Shown: one piece after another, positions 1 to 10,512 of the stretch
How the letters are laid out: each line of letters begins with the position of its first letter
Numbering within the stretch: the stretch's first letter is position 1
Origin: an uncultured bacterium
Lineage (GTDB): Bacteria > Patescibacteriota > Saccharimonadia > Saccharimonadales > 2-12-FULL-41-12
Length of the DNA stretch: 50,823 nt
Assembly (NCBI GenBank): GCA_963834265.1
Contig: CAWIAU010000001.1
Span: forward strand, 535,523-586,345
Direction of reading: 5' to 3'
The notes under the pieces: generated by a model
What the model saw: only the letters and a program-made list of their open reading frames with translations
Told to the model about the DNA's origin: nothing
Databases searched by the model: none
Made by a program: the position numbers and the translations under genes

Positions 1-1245
1 ATACCAAATATCTGGGAGGAAAAAGGCTATAACCTGATGCAGGCGATGACTGTTATCCTCAGCAGCGAAGATCTGGCACGTGATCTGAAGCTAAATTACC
101 GGCCGCTTTTTGAAGTTATATTACCTATGACCGAGCGGCCGGAGCAACTTATGCGCATACATACGTTGTTTCAGAAATTAGCACGCTTCAAGAACACAGA
201 CTTTACCAAAAAAGAGCCGGACAATAATGATCATCTGGAACTGATACCGTTAGTTGAAAGCGTAGAAAGTCAGCTGGACGTTAAGACCCTGCTGACCAGC
301 TATACAGAGCTTCACGAGCAGCATTTTGGTTACAGGCCGGAGTACATAAGAGTGTTTCTGGCCTGCTCTGATTCTTCCCTGTCCTCAGGTTTACTGGCTG
401 GTCTGCTGGGCAATAAGTTGGCCTTGACCCGCCTCTATGAATTTTCAAAACAGTCAGGTATTCCGATATTTCCGATTGCTGGTGCCGGAAGTACCCGCTT
501 TCGGGGTGGACTTGCGCCAAACACAATAAATCGTTTCATTCAGGAATTTCCCGGAGTCCGGACAGTTACACTGCAGTCGGCTTTTCGATATGACTATCCG
601 TTGGAAGAAGTCAAAGCCGCTACAGTCCGGTTGGAAAAAGAGCTGCCAAAAATTCAGCCACGTGTAATCTCTGCCAAACATCAGAAGCAAATGATCAGTA
701 TAGGGCAGCTGTCTGCAGAATTTTACCGGCAGACGTTGAGCAGCTTGCTAACAGATATGCAGTCAATCTTTGACGCGGTGCCGAAACGCCGTGATCGCCG
801 TCAGCATATAGGCCTGCTGGCTTACTCGCGCTCGCTGGGAGAACAGAGCATGCCGCGTGCTATCACCTTCACCGCCGGATTTTATTCTATCGGTGTCCCG
901 CCGGAATTTATTGGCATGGGGCGTACCCTGAATAGCCTTAAATCAACAGAAATGGAATTGTTACGGAGAGAATACCCGAATCTGGTCCATGACTTTGAAG
1001 CAGTCGGACGCTATCTCAATACGGATAACCTGACCAAACTGGCGAAACAGAATAACTCGTGGAAAGATGTACAGGAAGATATTAAATTCACCGAAGAAGT
1101 ACTGGGATTGAAATTTGGTCCACAAACCGATGAGGAAAAAACTCACAAAGATTTAACGTCTAAAATTTTATCCTCCAAAAATAAACCTGCCGAACTTTCT
1201 GACCTCATCCTGGAAGCCGCTACTCTTCGTAAAAACATGGGATAA
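1..1245 (+). CDS. ppcA: Archaeal-type phosphoenolpyruvate carboxylase (5'-partial; frame open from base 1)
   Basis: Frame 1 is open from position 1 (IPNIWEEKGYNL MQAM...). Motifs FEVILPMT, IPLVE, FRGGL, TVTLQSAFRYD and PRAITFTAGFYSIGVPPEFIG are typical of PpcA. Confidence 0.9.
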   Translation: MPNIWEEKGYNLMQAMTVILSSEDLARDLKLNYRPLFEVILPMTERPEQLMRIHTLFQKLARFKNTDFTKKEPDNNDHLELIPLVESVESQLDVKTLLTSYTELHEQHFGYRPEYIRVFLACSDSSLSSGLLAGLLGNKLALTRLYEFSKQSGIPIFPIAGAGSTRFRGGLAPNTINRFIQEFPGVRTVTLQSAFRYDYPLEEVKAATVRLEKELPKIQPRVISAKHQKQMISIGQLSAEFYRQTLSSLLTDMQSIFDAVPKRRDRRQHIGLLAYSRSLGEQSMPRAITFTAGFYSIGVPPEFIGMGRTLNSLKSTEMELLRREYPNLVHDFEAVGRYLNTDNLTKLAKQNNSWKDVQEDIKFTEEVLGLKFGPQTDEEKTHKDLTSKILSSKNKPAELSDLILEAATLRKNMG

Positions 1246-1320
1246 GAATTTAATAAAATATTCTGTACCCATTTAATATAATGGTGTATAATTAAGAAAA
1301 TTTAAGGAGCCCGGATCACT

Positions 1321-2352
1321 ATGCCCGACACGGGAAAAGAAGTTGAGATTGCTGACTGGATCCAAAATGAGGCGGAAAGCGTAGAACTAGCTCAGGAGAT
1401 TGCTGATTATACGAGACGCGAGGCAACAATTGTGCGTGCTGTCGGAGGTATTGCAGCCATAGATCCTGAAGCAGCCCATGCGGTAGCTAGGGATATGATT
1501 TGGTTTGATCCAACACAAGTTTCCATAGGAATTAACGCTTTGGTAGAAGTAGGAAAAGTTACCGGCAACACAGCATATATTGATGAGGCACTGACTGCCG
1601 CCAAAGCCAGAACAAGGCCGGATCAGTTAGGTGTAAAACTGGGAACTATTGTCCGACGCGGATTTGAAGTCGATCCCGATTGCATGACAGAGGTGGCTCG
1701 CGCTATAGAAATACCAAATGCCAGGGCTAAAGTTATGGCGCATATAGCTGGCCGACAAGGTAATCCGGACCTGTTAAAAGAAGTAAATGATTTTGCGGAA
1801 GCAGAAGATCTGCGTAGTATGGGCGTAAATAATGAAATAAGCGAAGCGGGATTAGATTTAGACTACCGGATAAGTATCCGGGCACATATGCGCACCCAAC
1901 CCCGCGATATATCTGAAAGCAGACTTCTGGAAAGAAAGCACGAATATGTTTTGGAGTGCGCAGATCATGCTTTCAGAACCGAAAACCAAGCCCGTTTATT
2001 AGAAATAAGTCATGATGTCGCCGAAGCGTTTTTGTGGGCTTCACAACAAGTACGGTCCCCGGAAGCATGGCGATATGGTCACTATCGCAACGAAGCTATA
2101 GAAGAAGCACTAACATTGGCTACAGAATTTGAGATTATGGCGCATAAGGACAGCGTTACGTTATTAACTGCTGCCAGGAATCTTATTGACACCCGGATAG
2201 AACAAATAAATGAACGGAATCTGGAACTTGAGCCATGGCCTGATGATATTAATGCCTTGATAGTTGGGCTTGCCGATGAAGATATAATCAGAAAACTTGG
2301 CTTGGTAGAAGATGGTGATATTTCTGATTTAGTTGAACCAGAAAAAAGCTAG
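1321..2352 (+). CDS. Hypothetical acidic alpha-helical protein
   Basis: 343-aa ORF with upstream TATAAT and AAGGAG. No family recognised. Confidence 0.7.
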   Translation: MPDTGKEVEIADWIQNEAESVELAQEIADYTRREATIVRAVGGIAAIDPEAAHAVARDMIWFDPTQVSIGINALVEVGKVTGNTAYIDEALTAAKARTRPDQLGVKLGTIVRRGFEVDPDCMTEVARAIEIPNARAKVMAHIAGRQGNPDLLKEVNDFAEAEDLRSMGVNNEISEAGLDLDYRISIRAHMRTQPRDISESRLLERKHEYVLECADHAFRTENQARLLEISHDVAEAFLWASQQVRSPEAWRYGHYRNEAIEEALTLATEFEIMAHKDSVTLLTAARNLIDTRIEQINERNLELEPWPDDINALIVGLADEDIIRKLGLVEDGDISDLVEPEKS

Positions 2353-2486
2353 TTGCGACTTCGAAATTCGAAATTGCTAATTGATCAGAGAAATATGTAG
2401 CTGACGAGACTAAGTCTCACTAATTATTCCTTAAAATAGTAAAAAGTCATATATAATTAAATTTTGAACTAAGGAGTTACCCGGCA

Positions 2487-3713
2487 GTGGCGAAAATCAA
2501 TGAAAATTACCGGAAATTGCAGGCCGGATATCTGTTCCCCGAAATTGCCCGCCGTACCCGCGAATTCCATGAACGCAATCCTGGCGTGGAGCTGGTCAAA
2601 CTTGGTATCGGCGATACTACAGAACCACTAACTCCATCAGTTATCAATGCCTTGCGTAAAGCAGTTGATGATCTGGCTGATGCCAAAACCTACACCGGCT
2701 ATGGTGTGGAACAAGGCAATTCTGAGCTCAGACAGGCACTGGCTGATCATTACAAAAGCCTGGGCGTATATATCGGGTCTGATGAAGTATTTGTCAGTGA
2801 CGGTGCCAAGCCGGATTCTGCGAATATTCAGTCAATTTTCTCTGACGATTCAATCATAGCTGTCCAGGATCCCGTTTACCCTGTCTATGTCGATAGTGCG
2901 GTAATTGGCGGCAAAACTTCCGGATACAGCAACGGGCGGTACAAAGGCATCGTATACATGCCCTGCACCGAAGAAAACGAGTTTTTCCCTGATGTCCCGG
3001 ACGAAAAAGTTGATATTATCTATATCTGTAGCCCCAATAATCCGACTGGCGCTGTTGCGACTCATGATCAGCTCAAAAAATTCGTTGATTATTCACATAA
3101 GTACGATGCGGTAATAATCTTTGATGCGGCCTATGCTGCCTTTATTTCCGACAGCAACCTGCCCCGCTCTATATATGAGATCGAGGGTGCAGAGGAACAT
3201 GCAATCGAGATTAATAGTTTCTCCAAAATAGCCGGGTTCACGGGTGTGCGGTTGGGCTGGACAATTGTCCCGCATAAGCTGCGTGTTGAGGGGACACAGC
3301 CGGGTGAAGTCCAGGCTCTCTGGAACCGGCGCCAATCTACGATGTTCAATGGCGCTTCCAATATTGTCCAAAATGGTGGTTTAGCCGTATTATCTCCCGA
3401 AGGTCAGAAAGAATCGCAAAAATTAGTAGACTATTATATGGAAAACGCCGCTATTATACGCCGCGGTCTCAATGATATCGGTATTGTCACCTTCGGCGGC
3501 GTCAATGCGCCGTATATTTGGGCCAAAACGCCTGATGGTCTGGACAGTTGGGAATTTTTTGACAAGCTGATGAATCAGGCTCATGTAGTCGGTACCCCGG
3601 GTGCCGGCTTCGGCGCCGGTGGTGAGGGATACTTCCGTCTCAGTGCATTCGGTGAGCGCGCAAATGTCAAAAAAGCTGTCAAAAATATTAAAGAAAACCT
3701 CCACATCTCATGA
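2487..3713 (+). CDS. dapL: LL-diaminopimelate aminotransferase
   Basis: GYLFPEI, LGIGDTTEP, SDGAK, DPVYPVYVD, CSPNNPTG, SFSKIAGFTGVRLG (PLP lysine), GEGYFRLSAF. GTG start after AAGGAG. Confidence 0.95.
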   Translation: MAKINENYRKLQAGYLFPEIARRTREFHERNPGVELVKLGIGDTTEPLTPSVINALRKAVDDLADAKTYTGYGVEQGNSELRQALADHYKSLGVYIGSDEVFVSDGAKPDSANIQSIFSDDSIIAVQDPVYPVYVDSAVIGGKTSGYSNGRYKGIVYMPCTEENEFFPDVPDEKVDIIYICSPNNPTGAVATHDQLKKFVDYSHKYDAVIIFDAAYAAFISDSNLPRSIYEIEGAEEHAIEINSFSKIAGFTGVRLGWTIVPHKLRVEGTQPGEVQALWNRRQSTMFNGASNIVQNGGLAVLSPEGQKESQKLVDYYMENAAIIRRGLNDIGIVTFGGVNAPYIWAKTPDGLDSWEFFDKLMNQAHVVGTPGAGFGAGGEGYFRLSAFGERANVKKAVKNIKENLHIS

Positions 3714-4972
3714 AAACACTCCCTTTCGATAAAAAAATGCTTGAAAAAATAATTCAAAAATATCCCACACCATTCCATATATATGACGAGCAAGGTATCA
3801 GGGCTACTTCCCGGGCTTTAAATGAAGCTTACGACTGGTCTCCTGACTACATGAATTATTTTGCTGTCAAGGCAACGCCCAATCCATATATTATGGAGAT
3901 TGTTAAAAGTGAGGGGATGGGGGCAGATGCGAGTTCACTACCAGAGCTTATCCTGGCCGAAAAAACGGGTCTGCGCGGCGAACAAATCATGTTTACCTCC
4001 AACAACACTGCTCCGGAAGAATATAAAAAAGCATATGAGCTTGGAGCAATCATAAATCTGGATGATATTAACCAGATTGAAGTTCTGATTCGGGCCCTGG
4101 ATGGCAAATTTCCTGAGTTGATATGCTTTCGCTACAACCCCGGTCCGGATCTCGTAACAGACAAAAGCAATGTAATTGGTAATCCGAGTGACGCCAAATT
4201 CGGCGTGACAACTGCCCAGCTGCCTGAAGCTTACAAGCTTGCGCGGGCTAAAGGCGCGAAACGATTCGGGCTTCATACCATGGTGGTCTCGAACGAATGC
4301 AGCGTAGCGGCTCACGCGCAGACTGCGGAAATTTTATTCAACATGGCTGTACGACTTTCGGAAGAGCTGAATATTAAATTTGATTTCATTAATCTGGGCG
4401 GTGGCTTGGGTGTGGCTTATAAGCCTGATGACGAAATTCTGAATTTGAAGACACTGGAAGCTGAAGTTAAGAGTGTCTATGACAGAATCGTCAAGGGAAG
4501 CGGCCTTGATCCTATCCGGATTGTCACGGAAAACGGCCGCTACGTATTAGCGCCGAACGGTTATCTGATAACTACAGTTCGTAGCATCAAAGATACGTAT
4601 CATCGCTATGTGGGTGTCGATGCTACCATGGCTGATCTGATGCGTCCCGGTATGTACGACTCATACCATCATATTACTGTTATTGATAAAGAAAATACGG
4701 CTCCTCTTCCTCAGCGTGTAACCGGTAGTCTGTGCGAAAATAACGATGTATTTACCGGCTCAAAAGATCGCATGCTGCCAGAGCTTGAGCCCAATGATGT
4801 CCTTGTAATTCACGATACGGGAGCTCATGGTCAGTCCATGGGATTCAATTACAACGGTAAACTCCGCCACGCAGAATTATTACTAAAAGAAGACGATACA
4901 ATCCAACAAATCCGCCGTTCCGAAAATCTCAAAGACTACTTCGCAACCCTCGATTATCCGGGTTTGGTCTAA
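3710..4972 (+). CDS. lysA: Diaminopimelate decarboxylase
   Basis: TPFHIYDE, FAVKA (PLP lysine), AKFG, INLGGG, ENGR, GSLCENND, GAHG. ATGA overlap with dapL. Confidence 0.95.
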   Translation: MKTLPFDKKMLEKIIQKYPTPFHIYDEQGIRATSRALNEAYDWSPDYMNYFAVKATPNPYIMEIVKSEGMGADASSLPELILAEKTGLRGEQIMFTSNNTAPEEYKKAYELGAIINLDDINQIEVLIRALDGKFPELICFRYNPGPDLVTDKSNVIGNPSDAKFGVTTAQLPEAYKLARAKGAKRFGLHTMVVSNECSVAAHAQTAEILFNMAVRLSEELNIKFDFINLGGGLGVAYKPDDEILNLKTLEAEVKSVYDRIVKGSGLDPIRIVTENGRYVLAPNGYLITTVRSIKDTYHRYVGVDATMADLMRPGMYDSYHHITVIDKENTAPLPQRVTGSLCENNDVFTGSKDRMLPELEPNDVLVIHDTGAHGQSMGFNYNGKLRHAELLLKEDDTIQQIRRSENLKDYFATLDYPGLV

Positions 4973-5019
4973 GTTCCGGTTTTTGGTATAATTGGTTGTA
5001 ACGATTTTAAGGGATTAAT

Positions 5020-6093
5020 TTGAAAATTTATAATTTTAGTGCTGGTCCGGCTATGTTACCGGAACCGGTGCTCGTGGCTGCGCGGGATGAAATGCTGGAC
5101 TGGCATGGCCATGGCATCGGCGTGATGGAAATGAGCCATCGCAGCACAGAATTTCTGAGCATTGCCGAACAGACAGAAGCTGATTTGCGCGAGCTTATGG
5201 CCATCCCCGATAACTACAAAGTCCTGTTTCTTCAAGGTGGTGCAACCGGTCAGTTTGCGGCATTGCCAATGAATTTATCAAAGTCTGCAGATACAGCAGA
5301 TTATATTATTACAGGTCATTGGGGACAGAAAGCCGCAGCAGAAGCCAAGAAATATCTGAATGTTAATATAGCGGCCAGCACTGAGCCGTTCACAAGCATA
5401 CCGGATCAGGATGACTGGAAGTTATCCAAAAATGCTGCCTATATCCATATCACTCAGAATGAAACCGTTAACGGAGTAACTTTCGAAGCTACGCCGGATA
5501 CAGGTACCAAACCATTAGTAGCCGATATCAGCTCCATGATCCTGAGTGAACCGATGGATGTCAGCAAATATAGTGTCCTGTACGCCGGAGCCCAAAAAAA
5601 TATCGGACCGGCCGGTTTGACGATTGTAATTGTACGCGAAGACTTACTTGGACAAGCCCGTACTGATACACCGCAAATATGGAACTGGTCCGAAAAATCT
5701 GTTGCCGGATCGATGGTTAATACTCCCCCCACCTACAGCTGGTATATGGCTGGTCTGGTCTGCAAATGGCTCAAAGAGCTGGGCGGTGTAGAGGCAATTG
5801 CCAGGGTCAATCAGAGAAAGGCCACGAAACTATATAAAGCGATTGATGAGTCATCGTTCTATGCAAATCCAATCAAACCTGCATACAGATCCAGGATGAA
5901 TGTAATTTTTACGCTTCCCAACCCCGAGCTGGATAAATTGTTTGCTGAAGAAGCATATGCCCACGGGCTAAGGAATTTGGAGGGACATCGGAATCTCGGT
6001 GGTATGCGCGCCAGTATCTATAATGCCATGCCGGAAGAAGGCGTAGATGTGCTGATAAAATTCATGAAAGAATTTGAGGCAAAACATGGGTAA
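5020..6093 (+). CDS. serC: Phosphoserine aminotransferase
   Basis: NFSAGPAMLP, EMSHRS, LFLQGGA, AGAQKNIGPAG, NTPP, GHR..GGMRASIYNA. Confidence 0.95.
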   Translation: MKIYNFSAGPAMLPEPVLVAARDEMLDWHGHGIGVMEMSHRSTEFLSIAEQTEADLRELMAIPDNYKVLFLQGGATGQFAALPMNLSKSADTADYIITGHWGQKAAAEAKKYLNVNIAASTEPFTSIPDQDDWKLSKNAAYIHITQNETVNGVTFEATPDTGTKPLVADISSMILSEPMDVSKYSVLYAGAQKNIGPAGLTIVIVREDLLGQARTDTPQIWNWSEKSVAGSMVNTPPTYSWYMAGLVCKWLKELGGVEAIARVNQRKATKLYKAIDESSFYANPIKPAYRSRMNVIFTLPNPELDKLFAEEAYAHGLRNLEGHRNLGGMRASIYNAMPEEGVDVLIKFMKEFEAKHG

Positions 6094-7258
6094 AGATAAA
6101 AAATTTCAAATCAAAACATACAACCAGATAGCCCGCATCGGTCTGAACAGATTTAGCTCTGATTATAAAATATCTGATCATACGGATAAACCAGATGCAA
6201 TTATGCTGCGGTCACACGACCTTCATAAAGAATCAATTACAGAGAGCGTGCTGGCAATAGGTCGTGCCGGAGCCGGCGTTAATAATATTCCTGTTGAAGA
6301 ATTAAGCAAACGGGGCATCGTCATTTTTAATGCCCCGGGCGCTAACGCAAATGCCGTCAAGGAGCTGGTAATAGCCGGAATGCTGCTGGCCAGCCGGAAT
6401 ATTGCCGATGCAATTGCCTACACTTCCGGGCTGTCATCAGAGAATATGAAAGATAAAGTGGAAGCAGGTAAAAAAAAGTTTGCAGGCAGTGAGCTATCCG
6501 GCAAAACCCTCGGTGTTATCGGACTGGGCGCGATCGGTTATCGTGTGGCAAACAGTGGTATTGACCTTGGCATGCGGGTACTCGGATATGATCCGGCTAT
6601 GACGGTGCAGAATGCCTGGCAGTTGCGTTCGGGAGTCAGGCAGATTGATAAAATTGAAGACCTGCTCAAACAATGTGACTTCGTAACAATTCATGTACCC
6701 CTGCTTGACGTAACGAGAGGAATGCTTAACAAAAAAAGAGTATATGGTATGAAGCCCGGAGCCGTGTTGCTTAATTTCTCACGTGATGAACTGGTAGATG
6801 AAGCGGCGGTAACGGAAAGACTTAGCAAGGGAAAGCTGGCAAAATACGTTACCGATTTTCCAAATAGTGTCACAAATGGCCACAAAGGTGTGGTTGCTCT
6901 GCCCCATCTTGGTGCTTCGACAGAGGAAGCAGAAGATAACTGTGCTGTAATGGTCGCTGATCAGCTGCAGGATTATCTGGAAAACGGCAATGTAAAATAT
7001 TCTGTTAATCTGCCGGAAACTGTGCTGCCAAAGAACGGCGGTCTTCGTTTATGTATGATTCATACCAATGAGCCCGGCGTAATGGCCCAGATAAGTGATA
7101 TCCTGCGTGATGAGCGCATTAATATTGCCGACCTGCTCAACAAAAGCCGCGGCTCCCTCGCCTACACATTAATAGATATAGAAGCCAAAGAAGTATCAAA
7201 AAGTCTGACTGATAAACTTGAACGTATTCCGGAGCTTCTGCGTCTTCGTATTATTTAA
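6086..7258 (+). CDS. serA: D-3-phosphoglycerate dehydrogenase with C-terminal ACT domain
   Basis: RAGAGVNNI, GVIGLGAIG, LNFSR, PHLGAST and an ACT-like tail. ATG at 6086 overlaps the serC stop. Confidence 0.92.
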   Translation: MGKDKKFQIKTYNQIARIGLNRFSSDYKISDHTDKPDAIMLRSHDLHKESITESVLAIGRAGAGVNNIPVEELSKRGIVIFNAPGANANAVKELVIAGMLLASRNIADAIAYTSGLSSENMKDKVEAGKKKFAGSELSGKTLGVIGLGAIGYRVANSGIDLGMRVLGYDPAMTVQNAWQLRSGVRQIDKIEDLLKQCDFVTIHVPLLDVTRGMLNKKRVYGMKPGAVLLNFSRDELVDEAAVTERLSKGKLAKYVTDFPNSVTNGHKGVVALPHLGASTEEAEDNCAVMVADQLQDYLENGNVKYSVNLPETVLPKNGGLRLCMIHTNEPGVMAQISDILRDERINIADLLNKSRGSLAYTLIDIEAKEVSKSLTDKLERIPELLRLRII

Positions 7259-8145
7259 GAATTACTTTGATTATTAAACCAGGAATTGATGTCTGAGTTG
7301 GCCTGGCGTACGACTTCAGGATCAGGCATATCTTTGCTACTCAGAGGCAGACGCAGTTCAGGTGATTTGATGCGGCCCAGGTCGTATAGTAAAGCTTTGG
7401 CGGGAATCGGGTTACTGGCGCAAAAAAGTGCTTTGGTAGATTTCTGCCAGATATCATTATCCATAAAAGTGCCGTTAGTGCACTGCCGCGCAAACTCGTG
7501 CGTGGCTTCCGGCCAGACATTGGCTGCTACCGACACCACGCCTTTTGCTCCGAGTTTGGCAAAAGCCGGCAGCATAGGGTCGTCTCCGCTCATCATGCGA
7601 ACATTCGGGAGGCCTTTTGCGTATTTGCTGAATGATTCTTCTGAGCCGCTGGCTTCTTTGACAGCCCAGAATCTGGGATGATCGGCTAGCATCTGTGCTG
7701 CTTCCAGCTCCAGCTCTTTGGCGGTACGCCCCGGAACGTTATAGAGCATACAGGGCTTATCGGATATATCAAGAAGTTCCCTGAACCAGCCGTACTGGCC
7801 GTGGACTCCGGGCTTGGAATACAAAGGCACAACCATCAGGTAACAGTCGACAACGAGTGTATTCAGATATTCTACCCATTTCTTCTGAAGCTTGAGATTG
7901 ATGCCTCCTATTCCAACCATGATCGGTACTTTCAAATTTAATCCTAAGACAAAGTCCAGGATTTCTCTTTTTTCAGATTCATCGATGGTCAATGCCTCCC
8001 CTGTGCTGCCCAGAATCGTAAGTGCGTTTCCGGCCGCCTCCTGTTTTTTCAGCAGCGCACCAAAACTCTCATAATCTATGCTGCCGTTAGCAAGCATCGG
8101 CGTAACAATAGCTGTCCAGACAAGGTAGGCATCAATATCTTTCAT
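7255..8145 (-). CDS. dapA: 4-hydroxy-tetrahydrodipicolinate synthase
   Basis: TAIVTP, GSTGE, LYNVPGRT, VKEASG, SGDD, SNPIPAK. Confidence 0.93.
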   Translation of the reverse strand: MKDIDAYLVWTAIVTPMLANGSIDYESFGALLKKQEAAGNALTILGSTGEALTIDESEKREILDFVLGLNLKVPIMVGIGGINLKLQKKWVEYLNTLVVDCYLMVVPLYSKPGVHGQYGWFRELLDISDKPCMLYNVPGRTAKELELEAAQMLADHPRFWAVKEASGSEESFSKYAKGLPNVRMMSGDDPMLPAFAKLGAKGVVSVAANVWPEATHEFARQCTNGTFMDNDIWQKSTKALFCASNPIPAKALLYDLGRIKSPELRLPLSSKDMPDPEVVRQANSDINSWFNNQSNS

Positions 8146-8810
8146 ATATTCAGTTCTTTCCCCATTATATCTTGTAAATTGTGGAGGCCGGGGGGGACTA
8201 CGCCGGTGGCTAGTTTTTTGGCGGTCCAGATGGCACCTTCAGCGAAGATGCGGCGGTCTTTGGCCTGGTGTTCAATGCTTATGTCTTCGCCGGGAGTTAC
8301 AAGTGTTATTCGGTGATTACCGGGATTATCTCCGTCGCGGGCGCTCGTAATCTTTACTTCCTGCCCGATCCACCTTACCCAGGACAAGGCAGTGCCGCTA
8401 GGCTGGTCTTTTTTGTGAATATGGTGAGTCTCGTGTAGTTTGTATTCGTAAGTATCGAGTAGTTGCGGTGCTTTGGCCAGCACTTTGATCATGCCATATA
8501 CCAGATTCATCCCGAGGCTGAAGTTGCCCGCAGTTATCCAGGCTGTGCCCCGCTTTTTGAGCCGCGCGTCAATTTCATCCGGCCAGTCAAAGCCGGTACT
8601 GCCATTGGCTACCGGCAATCCGCTTTCTATCAGCATATCAATGTAAGGCACAAATATCGGGCCTGGTAAAAATGCTATCACAACGTCATGACCAGCAAAT
8701 TTTTCCAGCGTTGGCGGGTTAGATTCATCGAATCCTGTTACTTCTCCGCTTTTTAATAACTCAAGGACCTTACCACCCGTTCTGCCTGTGCCCAGAAGTG
8801 CAATTTTCAT
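8142..8810 (-). CDS. dapB: 4-hydroxy-tetrahydrodipicolinate reductase (short type)
   Basis: LLGTGRTG, GSTG, NFSLG, ETHHIHKKDQPSGTA, R.IFAEGA. Confidence 0.92.
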   Translation of the reverse strand: MKIALLGTGRTGGKVLELLKSGEVTGFDESNPPTLEKFAGHDVVIAFLPGPIFVPYIDMLIESGLPVANGSTGFDWPDEIDARLKKRGTAWITAGNFSLGMNLVYGMIKVLAKAPQLLDTYEYKLHETHHIHKKDQPSGTALSWVRWIGQEVKITSARDGDNPGNHRITLVTPGEDISIEHQAKDRRIFAEGAIWTAKKLATGVVPPGLHNLQDIMGKELNI

Positions 8811-8912
8811 CCCGTAAGAGCTCCTATAAATTTAAGTTGATTGTAGACGGTTATAATGTGCTGCATCGGAACCTCCTGTGTAAGGCAGGGATTGTGAGAG
8901 TTCTAACGGGAT

Positions 8913-10283
8913 TCATTTCTTATCACTTCTTTCTATAAAGACTTTATGTAGTTTATTGACCATGTTGAGACCATGCTTATCTGTTATTACAAAACAAAAA
9001 TTGTGGTAACTGGCACCCTGACAGATCATTCTAACAGATATTTTCTCGCCCTCGTCTTCCAGATTAGCAAATATTTCCTGTGCCAGGCCAGGTGCCTTAT
9101 TGACGTTATTGCCTATCAATGAAATTACGCTCAAACCCTTTTCTATACTAACCTCACCGAGTTTTTCCAGCTCCCCGAATAGCTTTTTGTTTATAAGCAT
9201 CTGATTCTCAAGGACTACGGCTACAGATATTTCGCTGGTACTTATCTGATCGACACTAATTTTGAATTTTGCGAACAAATCAAATACCTTTGCAAGGTAA
9301 CCGAATTGATGCGCCATTTCAGGAGTAGCCAGTCTCACTATAAACTGATTTGTTTTGATCGCTACTGCGCGAACTAACGGATGTTCATCCGACTGATCGG
9401 ATATTGTAGTACCACCCTCCTCCGGCGCAAAAGTACTACCAACAAATACCGGAATTTTGGCTCTGCGGGTTGGAGTTATCGTCTTGGGATACAGAACTCT
9501 GGCTCCTGCAGTAGCCAGCTCAGCAGCTTCCTGAAAAGATAAATGATCAATTTTTTTAGCGCCTTTGATAATACGGGGATCAGCCGATGATATGCCACTG
9601 GTATCTGTCCATATCTGTAGCTGTTGGGCATTGATAGCTTCGGCTAACAGTGCGGCACTATAGTCGCTGCCTCCACGGCCCAGCGTGGTAACTTCGTTCG
9701 CCGGCGATGACCCTATAAAACCTTGTGTTACGAGTATGCAACCGGGCCGCAACCGGGGCCTTATTATCTGCTTAGATGCTGCTGATATTTCACCAACAAG
9801 GGGGGTGGCATATCCGAAATGACTATCTGTTTTGATCACTTGCCTTGCATCGATAATTTCTGCTTCGCATTTATGATTTCGCAAGGCGACGACTATCAGC
9901 TCAGAGGATAACTGTTCTCCATACCCCAGGATACGATCAGTAAGCTTCTTCTTATGCATAGCAACCAATTCGGTATTCGTAGCAATAGTACGTAATTCGG
10001 TAAAGATTTCGTTGAGGATTGCCAACAACTCCTTTTTTCCGCCCAGCTCTTCTGCAATTTTAGTGTGATTCGTAATTATTTCGAGAACTATTCTTTCTGC
10101 GTCGAGTTGGTTTTTTGCAAAAACAGCTTTGGCCAGATCAACAAGCGAGTTGGTCGTACTGTGAGTAGCAGAAACTACCACCAAAGAGACTTTATTTTGA
10201 ATAGTAACTTTGGCAGCCTGATTTATAGCCTTCGCGTCTGCCAGTGAAGTCCCGCCGAATTTTGCTACAATTATTTTGCCCAA
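8913..10283 (-). CDS. lysC: Aspartate kinase with ACT domains
   Basis: KFGGTS, VVSA, TQGFIG, TTLGRGGSDYSA, WTD, DPR, ISTSEIS, MICQGAS. Confidence 0.95.
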   Translation of the reverse strand: MGKIIVAKFGGTSLADAKAINQAAKVTIQNKVSLVVVSATHSTTNSLVDLAKAVFAKNQLDAERIVLEIITNHTKIAEELGGKKELLAILNEIFTELRTIATNTELVAMHKKKLTDRILGYGEQLSSELIVVALRNHKCEAEIIDARQVIKTDSHFGYATPLVGEISAASKQIIRPRLRPGCILVTQGFIGSSPANEVTTLGRGGSDYSAALLAEAINAQQLQIWTDTSGISSADPRIIKGAKKIDHLSFQEAAELATAGARVLYPKTITPTRRAKIPVFVGSTFAPEEGGTTISDQSDEHPLVRAVAIKTNQFIVRLATPEMAHQFGYLAKVFDLFAKFKISVDQISTSEISVAVVLENQMLINKKLFGELEKLGEVSIEKGLSVISLIGNNVNKAPGLAQEIFANLEDEGEKISVRMICQGASYHNFCFVITDKHGLNMVNKLHKVFIERSDKK

Positions 10284-10512
10284 AACATATCCTTTCCCGT
10301 GCCTTATGTTTTAATTGTAACAGATGAATAACCCTGAAGAATTACTTTAGGGCTTTATTGTTTTGATAATTTTTGAGATAGAATCTTTCAAAATTTTATA
10401 AACATATCTTTTGATACGGTCAGAAAATTTTGAAAGATTCCAGCCGAAAAGGACGAGATAAGAATCCGGAAAGTAATTTTCCGGGGGTATATACCGATGA
10501 TATGATACGAGT

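Noticed and set aside
10284..10512. Canonical lysine riboswitch
   Set aside because: Core L-box signatures are not recognisable on either strand. Reported only as an unknown structured region.
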